A stretch of 39,675 nucleotides of DNA from a virus. Its lineage: Duplodnaviria; Caudoviricetes. Positions 15,801-25,193 of this stretch are shown here, one piece after another. The stretch is from the IMG/VR virus record IMGVR_UViG_3300030376_003153, positions 1 through 39,675 of that record; one strand, given 5' to 3'. The stretch's first letter is position 1. Each line of letters starts with the position of its first letter. The notes beneath the pieces are model-generated. The model saw only the letters and a program-made list of their open reading frames with translations, was not told where the DNA came from and made no database searches. The translations under genes were made by a program, and so were the position numbers.

Positions 15801-16518
15801 CAGATGTAGTTGCTGTTGCTGCGTCTACAATTAAATCCCATTTTGCAGAATCAGTATTAGTAGTTAGTGGTTGTGCTCCTGATGAGGTATGTGCAGCATT
15901 ACACATGAAAACATTATTAGTGCTTGTATCTTTAACAAGATCTCTTACAACATAAGCAGTACTAGCAGCCCAATTACCTCTATATGTTCCTATTTCATTA
16001 AGCAATGAAAACTCACCTGCATTGTCAAATGCCATGACTTTATTGGCACGAGCAGTAGCAGACTCTGTAATTTCTAAACTACCAATAGTATTGGTTAATG
16101 AAAATTTAATTGACCTATCTAATTCGTCTTGTTGTTGTTGATGTAATATTGCTGATTTATCTAAAGCGTCATTAATAACTTCTGGGTAAAATCCACCTTG
16201 GTTTGTAAGGTCTGTTCCTTGCAATGATTGAACAGCAGAAGTAATAACAATTTGAAATCCATTAGGTAAATTAAAATTATTACCACCAGATTTTAAAGTT
16301 ATGCTTCCACCGGGATTACCATTTTGGTCTTGGTTAAGAGTAACTATATAATCATTACTTGCACCAAGAGTTAATGTAGTTTCTATACTTGTTGCTACTT
16401 CTAGTTTTTTTACAACTATTTCAGAATCTTGAAATACTTTAAACGCAAACGGATATGTAGGAGTATTTCCATTTCCAACTAAGTTACTCGTCTTTCGTGT
16501 AGTCGAATTTATCGTCAT
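12865..16518 (-). CDS. Main tail fibre with T7 gp17-like N-terminal adaptor and C-terminal S74 chaperone
   Basis: GNG.T.TYPFAF.VF adaptor, Ala-rich stalk, FDDRYLG, DTSPQLGG, SSDYRLK..GFFAHEAQ..LVPLLTAALQE. Confidence 0.92.
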   Translation of the reverse strand: MTINSTTRKTSNLVGNGNTPTYPFAFKVFQDSEIVVKKLEVATSIETTLTLGASNDYIVTLNQDQNGNPGGSITLKSGGNNFNLPNGFQIVITSAVQSLQGTDLTNQGGFYPEVINDALDKSAILHQQQQDELDRSIKFSLTNTIGSLEITESATARANKVMAFDNAGEFSLLNEIGTYRGNWAASTAYVVRDLVKDTSTNNVFMCNAAHTSSGAQPLTTNTDSAKWDLIVDAATATTSATNAASSATAAASSATAAAASQTAAASSQTAAASSATAAASSATTASTKATQADTAKTAAQAAQTAAETALDSFDDRYLGAKQSNPTLDNDGNALIDGALYFNSNVNRMRVYDLGNTTWLEVTIFGSDLTNVNTVAGSINNVNTVAGSITGVNAVANNATNINAVNSNSSNINTVAGSISNVNAVASNATNINTVASNISNVNTVATDIAKIQTVANDLNETVSEIQTAADDLNETTSEIDTVANAITNVDIVGNNIANVNTVAGISSNVTSVAGNATNVNTVAGAITNVNNVGGSIANVNTVASNLTGVNAFAARYRTDNTGNNPSSNNDAGDLFYNQASGKLLVYNGLTTAWEETQSVGNFFINTIGTFNGTGGNASSFDGTAYKFTLSNAGQFAQQMLVSVNGVVQKPNSGTGQPSEGFALDGANIVFSSPPPNGADYFIVTIGASVSIGTPSNNTVTSAHIVNGSIVNDDINASAAIAKSKLANLDIVNADINASAAIALTKLATSGTPNNTNFLRGDGAWTTVVTDLVNDTSPQLGGALDTNGNQILVGDGGPGNTEENICIGDSKDLKIYHDGNSVLYDNGGGDFKLFSNGGAIKLQKDTGENMVVANTDGTVELYHGMSGSAAQKKFETTSTGTKITGKLDFTGSGHLNGVNLGANQQLNLYHDANDAYFDNNVGDFYIRNDGSSTSEKVRIQAKGGQEGIICTPNGSVDLHYSGTKKFETTSGGVKVTGNVELAADGDTLLLGSSSDFQISHDGNNNVIKGVGNHGTLFYTNNVERMRIGSNGIIKLISNSSQHAKLLNDGNVFELRTSSNSGNAGMLIFRDGDADFCGQITSNGGNNTTSYNSSSDYRLKTNAQLIADGITRIKNLKPYQFEWKSDLGTKVDGFFAHEAQTVVPEAVTGVKDEMQAILYKEGDEIPEGKKVGDIKEYSTTDIKVQTIDQAKLVPLLTAALQEAIAKIETLETKVAALGG
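14870..15420 (-). repeat. Degenerate 10-aa tandem repeats (NVNTVAGSI type) in the tail fibre stalk
   Basis: Repeated N[VI]N[TA]VA units, approximately 30-nt period. Confidence 0.85.
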
Positions 16519-16545
16519 TAACTAGACATTTTCACTATCTTATTT

Positions 16546-16579
16546 AGGTTACCAACTACTTCTTGCTTTACGGTCACAC
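16546..16579 (-). promoter_or_regulatory. Putative phage-specific late promoter (tail fibres)
   Basis: GTGTGACCGTAA, 16 nt, TAACCT. Confidence 0.75.
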
Positions 16580-16580
16580 C

Positions 16581-19500
16581 TTATAAACCTCTGCTTGCTT
16601 TACTAGCTTTACCAGTTAATGTTCCTCTTATCAAATCCATTGCATTTTCTGGATTAACTTTACCTGTTCCTACATCTATTAAATAACCACCTGATTTACC
16701 AAGAGGTGTAATTGGTATGCCAGAAAATATAGTTACTAAAGCACTAATATCTCTTACTTGTCTACCGCTTATACCTTTGCCTTCTATTAAATCGAAAGGT
16801 AATTTAAACGCAGTTTGTGTTCCTCTAACTAACAATTCTATAGATGGACTAGAAACTAAATTGTCATTCCAAGGTTTGTCATCAAATTGATTTATTGGAA
16901 TAAGTAATGCATTACCAAAAATAGGAACAAATGCTTTTTTATAATCTACTAAATCTCCTAGTACTGCTTTCATCATGTCATCTACTATCATGCCGTCATC
17001 TTCTTCATCTAAAAATAAATTACCTGCAAATGTTCTACCTATCATCCCTGCTATTACTGCCGGCATCATAATGCTGTAAAAATACATATAAAATAATTGT
17101 TCTGTTCCTTTTCCCTTATTATTAAATCCAATATCTCTAGTTATTTTCTGGTATTGATTGTTATTTAAATTAGCTATGTTATTAAAATAACCAGTAAATT
17201 GACTTATAGATTGAATAATAGGATTCCAGTTTTGAAAACCTGCTCTATCTTCTGGCAATAAACTATCTTGTGTCATACGCACAGCAGCGTCAGCTTGTTT
17301 AATTGCTTCAGTTTGTACTTCTATATCACTCATAGAAGAAGGTAATTTTTGATGGGTTTGATTGTAAACTGCCATCCATACAACAGCATCAACTTGATTT
17401 TGAAATGTTTGCTGTAAAAAATATGCGTGTTTTGTAGACCAATCTTTAAATTTTTCAAAATTATTTGGATTAACTATCAATTCTTGTAATCTGCTTTGTA
17501 TATCAAAAATTTGATTTAGTTGACGGTCTGCCATAAATGGTGACAAATCTGCAATTGCTTGCATTGTTCCTTCTCTATCAGCTATGTAATTCTGCAAAGA
17601 ACTTAACATTTGTACAGGTGTTGCTTTTAACATTGCAGGGAATACACCTGTGTATTGTTCAATAGCATTTTTAAGATTAAAGAACATAACTGCCATTCCA
17701 CCTCTTTTTCTAGTTGCGTTTAATGCTGTATCAAATTCCGCACCCATACCACTAGGAGCAAAAGTTTTTTGTGAAACAACTGTTTGCAGCCAAGGTTTAA
17801 TTAATGTATCTGTTTTTTGTGGATTTAATATTTCTAATTTTTTCTGAAATTCTTTATCATTAACTATTTTTAAAACATCTTTAACAACTGGTTGAACATA
17901 AGAATAACGCAATGTGTCATCTATATGTTTAGTCATATAGCCTAAGTTTAATGATAATGGTTGTGCAAAATTCTCATTACGTTCTTTTGTCATGCCATGT
18001 TCTACCATAGGCAATGACATTCTAAATTCTCTTTGTAGCTGTTCAACAGTAATTTCTACTTCTTGCTTTGTCATATTAGGATCACCTTTTGCAGGTACAT
18101 ATCCCCCTCTAAATGTTCCAAACTCATTAACAATAGGTGTAGGCTCTACAACTTTGAAATAGAAACCATTTAATTCCCTATGTGCATTCTGCAATAGTGG
18201 CAACATTTTTTGATTTAAATCCCATACTGCTTGCAAGAAAACATAATCACTTTGAGTTAATATTCCTTCGTCTTTCATCCGTTGTACAAAATTATCCCAA
18301 TGTGTTGTATTTAACGTGCCGTCTTCATTTAACGAACCCCACCCTCTACCTAATAATAATTTTTTTAAATTACTTTTATTGCCTGTATGTAACATCGCTC
18401 CTAACAGTTCTACCTTACCTAAACCGTCAGAGTCTGTTCCAAATGTATATGCAGCAGAATCTTCAGAAACTTCATCAAATTCGTAAGCAGTTATTTTACT
18501 TTCTTTATTACCAAAATCTAAGGCAGCAACTAAATCTGTATATTCTTTAGTAATAACAACTTGTTGTTGTCTATATTCATTTAATGCTTGTTTTATTGGG
18601 TAATAAAGAGTGTTATAAAATGCTCCAAGTTTACCGCCTTTTAACTGTAATACTGCTGATCCTACGCCTTTAACAACTTCATCAGCACCATCCATTAGGT
18701 CTGTAAAACTTTCCATACGTTGCAAATTAGATCCTAGTGTTAAAACAAATTTATGCAATTTAGATTTAAAAGTAGTTTTAACAGCTTCTCTTTTACCCGG
18801 TGGATTAGCTAGACGTTCTCTTGCTTGTGGACTTCTAGAGATATTTTTATCTAAGATTTTTAACAATGGATCACGAGCTTCTTCAAATGCTATAAGTTTA
18901 TTGCCTTGTCTTATTTGCTCATCTCGTAAAGATTGATGCCATAAGAAATCTAATGTTTCTTCTAAGTTTAAAAATTCATCACTTGTTAAAGATAACAAAT
19001 CAGTTTGCATCCGTTTGCGACCTGCTTTTTCAATAATTGGCTGTAGCTGTTCGTAAGTAAATGGATTGTATTCTTTTATTTGGTTCATTTTTTCTGTAAC
19101 ATTTATTTTCTTTTTACCAATACCAAAACTAAATAAAATAGCTCTACCTGCATCTATTAAAAACATATTACGTTTGTATTTTTTATTTTTATCTCTAAAT
19201 TTTTGATCTGTTTGTAAAAACTTATCAAACTTTTTAATAGCTTTATCGTAATTTTTATGTATTTCAATAGCTTCTTTTGCCAATTGATTAGCTATAAGTT
19301 GTGCTCGTTTAGCTTCTACAGCCCTTTGTTCATCACCTTTACTTATTGCATCTTCTGCTTCTTTCCTTGCATTTTCTTCATCACGAGTATATTCACTTGG
19401 TTTTATGTCTTGTAATTTTCTTTTTGCCAAAATATCTAACGCAGCTTCCCTTGCAGCAGCTACTTGTAGACGTACAGGTTGTGTGGACTTTGATAAAAAC

Positions 19501-22500
19501 TTTAATTCTAGTGATATAAATCTAGATCTTGCTTCGTTATGTAATGCTTCTAATACACCTAATTCAATTAATCTTTCATCTACTAACTCAGAATATTCTT
19601 CTAGCATACGTTGCTCAGTTCTTTCTTTAATAACATCTTCTATTTTTCTTGCACTTAATATTGCATCTATCATGTCTAAACCATTTGCATATTCAAACAA
19701 ATCTGCAACGTCTTCTACGCTTTGCCCTTCTTTAGCCACCATACCTGATTTACCATAACCAAGTTGTTGCATTTCATATTTCATGTCATGAAATGGTACA
19801 AGTTGTTTTACGCTTTCAATAGATAATTTGTATCCAGACTGTACTTTTACTATTTCGCCTTTGTCGTTTAAAGTTTCACCACGTTTTAAATAATTTATTA
19901 ATCTATAAACTTTTTCGTTTTGTACTTCTTGTGTTACTTCTGCTTCTACTTTCTTATATGTTTTTTTATGTTTTTTCTGTAAATTAGCCATATATTTACT
20001 GCGTGCATTATCTAACCACTCAAGTTGTTTCATACTTTTTTGATTTAATATTTCTTTTGATTCGTCAAAAGCTTCTTGCAATCTTGCCTGATAATCTGTC
20101 CATTCTGCATCTGTCATACCGCTTTGTTCTTTTGTTAAAAACATTGCTTTCATTCCATAAATTTCGTTAGCCAATAATATGTTTTGATTAGTAGCAAGCA
20201 TACGATCCATTACACTTCTTACTTCATCTGTAAGTACTGGTAAATCTCTGCCAAATAATTTTTTATATTGTGTGTTTAATTCATATTTAATATTTTCATA
20301 TACCTCTCCAAGGTATCTCACAAAGTCTCTAAAAATTCTACGCATTCTAGAATCGTTATTTGGTACTTTGCCTTCATGCAAATAAATTTCAAAGTTTAAT
20401 GCAAAAGCTTCATGGTATTGTTTTTTCTCTTCTATAGTAAATTTGCTCCATGTTTCAATATCTTCAACACCCCAGAAATCTAATAAAACATTAAAGTCAT
20501 TTACCATGTCAGCAGGTGCATCTGGTTGCATAACAATGTCTTCCATAACTGACAACATATAATGTCCAGTTTCATGGAAAAATGTCGATATATCTGATTC
20601 TTGGTTTATTAAAGTTGTAAATGATTTTGGATCAAATCTACCTTTTGGTCCTTTGCTATCTCTACGTTGTTCTAAAAATTCTCCTACATTTACTTGAATA
20701 GATCCTCTAGGCTCTCCAACTGAGAGTCTGTAATCTCTTCGTCCGTTAGGGAATTCATCATCGAGACTAAGTCTAGAAGGTTCGACCCGGATGGCAACTG
20801 CTGTATCGCCATAGCCAGTATCTGTGATAGCTCTGGTGGTAACGTAGACATCAGGTTCTCCAGAACTTCTGAGTTGACCTGTAGCCCTAATTTCTTCTGC
20901 TGCTCTTCTGTTGGTGTGATGGTAGACGGTAACTGTTCCGTCTGGGTTAAGGGGAAGTCCTGTGCCTTCGTCAATGTTTGTGTCTTCTCTTCCTTGTTGT
21001 TGGAAAGTATCAGTTCCTCGTATAGTTCCAGATTCTCCAACATCTCGTTGTGTGTCTCCTGATTGCTCCTCGGATTGTATTGATAACTCATTGTCTATCT
21101 CCTGTAATGTAGATTGAATTTCTGCTTCAGATATACCCATTGTAGCAACTAAAGACGCAGCAGCATTAGCATAATCAGGTGCTGCATTATCTTCGTAACC
21201 TGTTTCTACTACTGCTTCTTTTAATTTTGCAGTATCATATAATTTCTTTTCTGGATACCACATCAATGCTTGTAAATCAGCCATTGTTAAATCTGGATTA
21301 TTTTGTTGCAATATTGGTAACACTTGTCCAAAAATCTTTTCTATAAATCTTCTTTCTGGCGGCCCTTTAGGTTGCTCTTTCTGACCATCCAAATACCCTG
21401 CTAATGAGTTACCTGCTTTGCGTATTTCATCTCCGATACTTATTCTTTTTTCACCTTTTATAGGTTTACCTTTAATGTTTGTTATTGTGTCTGCAACATC
21501 ATTATTTGAATCAACTAGTGATATTGCTGCCATTAATTTCACATTAGCAGGTATAGATGTTCTAGTTTCGATTCTTTTTGCAACTGCATCTAAATCACCT
21601 AAAGTAAGTTTTCTTCCTAATATTTTTTCAAATTCTTTTTTTTGTTCTTTAGTTAAAGCCTTTATATATTGTTTTAATTGCTCACGTTTATTTTTAGCTT
21701 GTTTTGTATAGTCAGTAACTAGCGTACCTGTCATTCGACCCCATGTACGCATAGCCCATCTATCTAAAGTTAATTGTTCATAGTTCCCATATAGATTTGC
21801 AAAAAACCCATTACCAATTTTTGGCCCTATAACAGCAGCACCATATACTATTTCTGTTTTTCCAAAATCTTTTATCTCTACTCCTGTATATGTTTCAACT
21901 TCTTTTACTGTATGTGTTGTACTCATAAATTTTTCAACGTCTTCTACCCCATTTTTTTCAATTAATTCATTTATTAATCTAAAACTTTTTGTCATTGCAC
22001 GACCTGCTTTACCCTGTCCAAAAGGTACTGGGAACTTACTATTTTCTTTCCAATAGCTGTACACTTCTTGCGTAAGTTGAAAATTTGTATTTACGTCTAT
22101 GCCGTTAGATGTAGTTGCTAAAGCCCAAGTAAAAGCAAAATTTGATGCTGTATCAGTAAGTAATTCTGGATAAACTTTTGCTAATAATGCTTTGGCTTTT
22201 GTGACTTTTTCGTTGTACCAACCTATTGCGTTTGGGTTTTCTATTAATGCGTATTGTGCATCTGCTAATAATGTTTGTACTAAATATTTTTCTGTCTCAA
22301 CACTAGCATCTGATAAATTAACACCTGCTTTTTTAGCAGCAGCTAGTATACGTTTTTGTATTTCAACTTTAAAATCTTTAATAGTTTTAAAAGGCTTGCT
22401 ACTTGCAAAATCAAAATTTTCTGTAATTTTTGCTAATTGAAAAATTTCTTGTGATACTGGTTTTCCTTGGTCTTGTTGCTTGCCTTGTTGCTCAAATGTT

Positions 22501-25190
22501 TGTAATTGTTGCTCGTATATATTATCTACTTCTCTAGACCAACTACCTTTGTTGTTTACTGACTTAACTGCATTAGGATCAAATACAACAACTTCCGTAA
22601 TTTCGTTTGTTGTAGGATTAATCATTAATACACCATCGTATCCTTCACTTATTAATTTGTTTTTATAATTATTTCTTGCAGCAATACCGCCTTCTTTTAT
22701 TCGTTGTTTTGTTTTGCGATCTGTTTCTCTATATGGGTTTTCTAAACGCACATATAAAGGCATAACTACACGATCTGCTTCTTTTGCATTTGTTCGTACA
22801 CTTTTTTGCCTTGCATATCTTTTTGCATGACCTTCATTTAATGTTAGATATATTCCTTTACCTAAAAATCCCATATCATATTTATTGGGATTATCTAAAT
22901 CAAAACGATCAAAACTAGCTGTAGTGCCGTGGTATAAAACTTGAGGTGTACCATCAGCATTTTTCATTTTTGATTTACCAAACCAATTTTTAAACAATGG
23001 TGACTCAGTTTTTATTGATCCGTTCTGATTAAAAAAGTCATCGCCAAAATTTTTTGGTTTACCTTCAAATTGAACACTATATAAATATTTATTTAAAAAT
23101 TCCTTAATTGACATATTAGATCTTTTTGCAAAAGTCAAAGCAAAAGTTAAAGGTAAATTTGCTAGTGCAGTTGCAGATTCTTTTGTGTATTGACCTGTAG
23201 CAATAAGTTGTTCTTTTATTTGTTTTTTATATGCTCTTGCTTCTCTTTGTGATTCTTTAAATAATTCCGTTCCTTTTTTTATATCAGTTAGTGCTTTATC
23301 TAGCATTTCATCTTTAATCTTATAAACTTCTTGAAATTCTGCTTGACTATATGTTTCTGCACCAAGACGTATATGTGGCCTTAATATATTATGAAACTCT
23401 GTACCTGCAACATTTGCTAAATAATCACCAGTTGAAATTTTTATATTTTTACCAACAAGACCTTCTTCATCTGCTTTTTTTAATTGGTCACTAAGTTCTG
23501 GTGAAAACAATTCTAATTGTTCCATTGATATATCATTGTCATCTAGTTGTTGTTGAAATGTTTTTGCGTCTATATAAAAATCTTTAACACCATTACGTTC
23601 ACCAACTAAATCCATATATCTTTGCCATAAATTTTTATTTCTTTTTAAAGTCTTGTCGTTTTGTGTGATATCAAGCATTTTGTCAATATATTCTTGATCG
23701 CTATTTGATTGTCTTAAATTATTTGCAGTACGATAATAGCCACCACCAGATGTTAAAACACCAAATGTCAACATACCTTTTGTGGTATCCCAAAATACGT
23801 TTCGTATTCTGTCCCATCCTTCTTCTGCTGATACGTTTGTAGTTTCATAAGTAGCCATTTCAGCAGCTATGTTGTAACCAATAATATTTATAAGTTCTTG
23901 AGTAACTTCAGTTGCATTTTCTGTTAAAACATTTTGTGCTATGTCAGCAAAAATACTTCTTGATACAGAATATTTTGTAAGTTGTTCAAATTTATCGCTA
24001 AGACTTACATTAGTTGCTCTCCTTAATAATCTTTTATTAAACATATTCCATGCAGGTTGTAATTTTTTATCTAAGCCCGATCTACTTATAGAACCTGCAA
24101 GCCATTTACTAGTACCCATTCCTACGGCACTTTTTGATACAAGCCTACTACCTGCTCCAAATAAAAATGGCAATCCTATTCTTTCAACTGCACCTGCGAG
24201 TAATCCAACAACTTGTGCTTGTCGTGCAGCATCCTCATGATTTAATCCACCAACTTTTTGTATTGCATCCAAATAAGAATTACCGCCTTCAACCATATAT
24301 GAGTTCATAAACATATAGTTGTACGCAGCAGGTAATCCTGTTGTTGCACCAATTAATCCACCTACGACTGTACCTTTACCGGGAACAACACTACCTGCTA
24401 ATGCACCAATTTTTGCATTTATTTTTGAAGTAACTATTCCTGTTGTTGCAGCAGCAGGTAACGTCCTACCCCATTGACCAAAATAATATCCACCTGCTTC
24501 TAACCAACCAACACCATCTTCGTTATACAATCCAATTTTTTTATCAATTTCTTTTATTCTTGCTAACTTTTCTTCTCTTGATTCTTTTCCTCTAAATGCA
24601 CCAAAAATATCAGCAGCTATAAATTTTTTAATTCTATCGCCTTGATGGTATTCATTATTTTCATCACCTGTCATCAACTGATATCCTAATAATCCTCTTT
24701 CGTTTGATAACCAACCTTTATGTATACCTTGAGGTAAACCTTTAAGTTCATTTTTTACAAACCGTGGAATTGCTGTTAATGCCCTAGTCGTTGTGTAATA
24801 TTCTTGTAAATGTTCTATATTGTCATGTGCTAATGCAGCAAACTTAGGATCTTCTAATTGTTTTGCTAGTATTGGGTTTATTCTTGCAAAATTTTGATTT
24901 AATATATATTCTTCACGTTTTCTTTTCTTTATATATTCAAATGTTTCGTCATCATCTTTAAGATCAAAATCTTCTGGCAAATTAAATTGTTCTTTAAATC
25001 TTTGAATTTCACCTGCTTTATCACCATTAATTTCGCTGACAGCTTTTAAAGTTTGCCTAATGTTATCCCATTGCTTGTCCTGTTTATATTTTGCATATTC
25101 ACGAAAAAGACTATCACTATTTTCATTATTAAAATTGTTATTATCATCGTTGTTTTCTAAATCTTCGTATTTAATTAAATTAGAATTCAT
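16581..25190 (-). CDS. Large ejection (internal virion) polyvalent protein, 2869 aa
   Basis: Position equivalent to T7 gp16; ART-like YHGT and YHHT domains, a GPKIG..TLDRW domain and an HETGH zincin motif. Confidence 0.85.
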   Translation of the reverse strand: MNSNLIKYEDLENNDDNNNFNNENSDSLFREYAKYKQDKQWDNIRQTLKAVSEINGDKAGEIQRFKEQFNLPEDFDLKDDDETFEYIKKRKREEYILNQNFARINPILAKQLEDPKFAALAHDNIEHLQEYYTTTRALTAIPRFVKNELKGLPQGIHKGWLSNERGLLGYQLMTGDENNEYHQGDRIKKFIAADIFGAFRGKESREEKLARIKEIDKKIGLYNEDGVGWLEAGGYYFGQWGRTLPAAATTGIVTSKINAKIGALAGSVVPGKGTVVGGLIGATTGLPAAYNYMFMNSYMVEGGNSYLDAIQKVGGLNHEDAARQAQVVGLLAGAVERIGLPFLFGAGSRLVSKSAVGMGTSKWLAGSISRSGLDKKLQPAWNMFNKRLLRRATNVSLSDKFEQLTKYSVSRSIFADIAQNVLTENATEVTQELINIIGYNIAAEMATYETTNVSAEEGWDRIRNVFWDTTKGMLTFGVLTSGGGYYRTANNLRQSNSDQEYIDKMLDITQNDKTLKRNKNLWQRYMDLVGERNGVKDFYIDAKTFQQQLDDNDISMEQLELFSPELSDQLKKADEEGLVGKNIKISTGDYLANVAGTEFHNILRPHIRLGAETYSQAEFQEVYKIKDEMLDKALTDIKKGTELFKESQREARAYKKQIKEQLIATGQYTKESATALANLPLTFALTFAKRSNMSIKEFLNKYLYSVQFEGKPKNFGDDFFNQNGSIKTESPLFKNWFGKSKMKNADGTPQVLYHGTTASFDRFDLDNPNKYDMGFLGKGIYLTLNEGHAKRYARQKSVRTNAKEADRVVMPLYVRLENPYRETDRKTKQRIKEGGIAARNNYKNKLISEGYDGVLMINPTTNEITEVVVFDPNAVKSVNNKGSWSREVDNIYEQQLQTFEQQGKQQDQGKPVSQEIFQLAKITENFDFASSKPFKTIKDFKVEIQKRILAAAKKAGVNLSDASVETEKYLVQTLLADAQYALIENPNAIGWYNEKVTKAKALLAKVYPELLTDTASNFAFTWALATTSNGIDVNTNFQLTQEVYSYWKENSKFPVPFGQGKAGRAMTKSFRLINELIEKNGVEDVEKFMSTTHTVKEVETYTGVEIKDFGKTEIVYGAAVIGPKIGNGFFANLYGNYEQLTLDRWAMRTWGRMTGTLVTDYTKQAKNKREQLKQYIKALTKEQKKEFEKILGRKLTLGDLDAVAKRIETRTSIPANVKLMAAISLVDSNNDVADTITNIKGKPIKGEKRISIGDEIRKAGNSLAGYLDGQKEQPKGPPERRFIEKIFGQVLPILQQNNPDLTMADLQALMWYPEKKLYDTAKLKEAVVETGYEDNAAPDYANAAASLVATMGISEAEIQSTLQEIDNELSIQSEEQSGDTQRDVGESGTIRGTDTFQQQGREDTNIDEGTGLPLNPDGTVTVYHHTNRRAAEEIRATGQLRSSGEPDVYVTTRAITDTGYGDTAVAIRVEPSRLSLDDEFPNGRRDYRLSVGEPRGSIQVNVGEFLEQRRDSKGPKGRFDPKSFTTLINQESDISTFFHETGHYMLSVMEDIVMQPDAPADMVNDFNVLLDFWGVEDIETWSKFTIEEKKQYHEAFALNFEIYLHEGKVPNNDSRMRRIFRDFVRYLGEVYENIKYELNTQYKKLFGRDLPVLTDEVRSVMDRMLATNQNILLANEIYGMKAMFLTKEQSGMTDAEWTDYQARLQEAFDESKEILNQKSMKQLEWLDNARSKYMANLQKKHKKTYKKVEAEVTQEVQNEKVYRLINYLKRGETLNDKGEIVKVQSGYKLSIESVKQLVPFHDMKYEMQQLGYGKSGMVAKEGQSVEDVADLFEYANGLDMIDAILSARKIEDVIKERTEQRMLEEYSELVDERLIELGVLEALHNEARSRFISLELKFLSKSTQPVRLQVAAAREAALDILAKRKLQDIKPSEYTRDEENARKEAEDAISKGDEQRAVEAKRAQLIANQLAKEAIEIHKNYDKAIKKFDKFLQTDQKFRDKNKKYKRNMFLIDAGRAILFSFGIGKKKINVTEKMNQIKEYNPFTYEQLQPIIEKAGRKRMQTDLLSLTSDEFLNLEETLDFLWHQSLRDEQIRQGNKLIAFEEARDPLLKILDKNISRSPQARERLANPPGKREAVKTTFKSKLHKFVLTLGSNLQRMESFTDLMDGADEVVKGVGSAVLQLKGGKLGAFYNTLYYPIKQALNEYRQQQVVITKEYTDLVAALDFGNKESKITAYEFDEVSEDSAAYTFGTDSDGLGKVELLGAMLHTGNKSNLKKLLLGRGWGSLNEDGTLNTTHWDNFVQRMKDEGILTQSDYVFLQAVWDLNQKMLPLLQNAHRELNGFYFKVVEPTPIVNEFGTFRGGYVPAKGDPNMTKQEVEITVEQLQREFRMSLPMVEHGMTKERNENFAQPLSLNLGYMTKHIDDTLRYSYVQPVVKDVLKIVNDKEFQKKLEILNPQKTDTLIKPWLQTVVSQKTFAPSGMGAEFDTALNATRKRGGMAVMFFNLKNAIEQYTGVFPAMLKATPVQMLSSLQNYIADREGTMQAIADLSPFMADRQLNQIFDIQSRLQELIVNPNNFEKFKDWSTKHAYFLQQTFQNQVDAVVWMAVYNQTHQKLPSSMSDIEVQTEAIKQADAAVRMTQDSLLPEDRAGFQNWNPIIQSISQFTGYFNNIANLNNNQYQKITRDIGFNNKGKGTEQLFYMYFYSIMMPAVIAGMIGRTFAGNLFLDEEDDGMIVDDMMKAVLGDLVDYKKAFVPIFGNALLIPINQFDDKPWNDNLVSSPSIELLVRGTQTAFKLPFDLIEGKGISGRQVRDISALVTIFSGIPITPLGKSGGYLIDVGTGKVNPENAMDLIRGTLTGKASKASRGL

Positions 25191-25193
25191 AAT

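Noticed and set aside
14870-15825. CRISPR-like or non-coding repeat array
   Set aside because: The repeats are degenerate, in frame and protein-coding, with no unique spacers
11279-16518. Diversity-generating retroelement, suggested by the BPP-1-like virion genes
   Set aside because: No reverse transcriptase ORF and no template/variable repeat pair with adenine-specific mismatches was seen; the repeats are ordinary fibre modules
20690-21091. 133-aa same-strand alternate-frame ORF as an independent gene
   Set aside because: No RBS or recognisable motif; it is nested in the large ejection gene and was used only as a compositional hint
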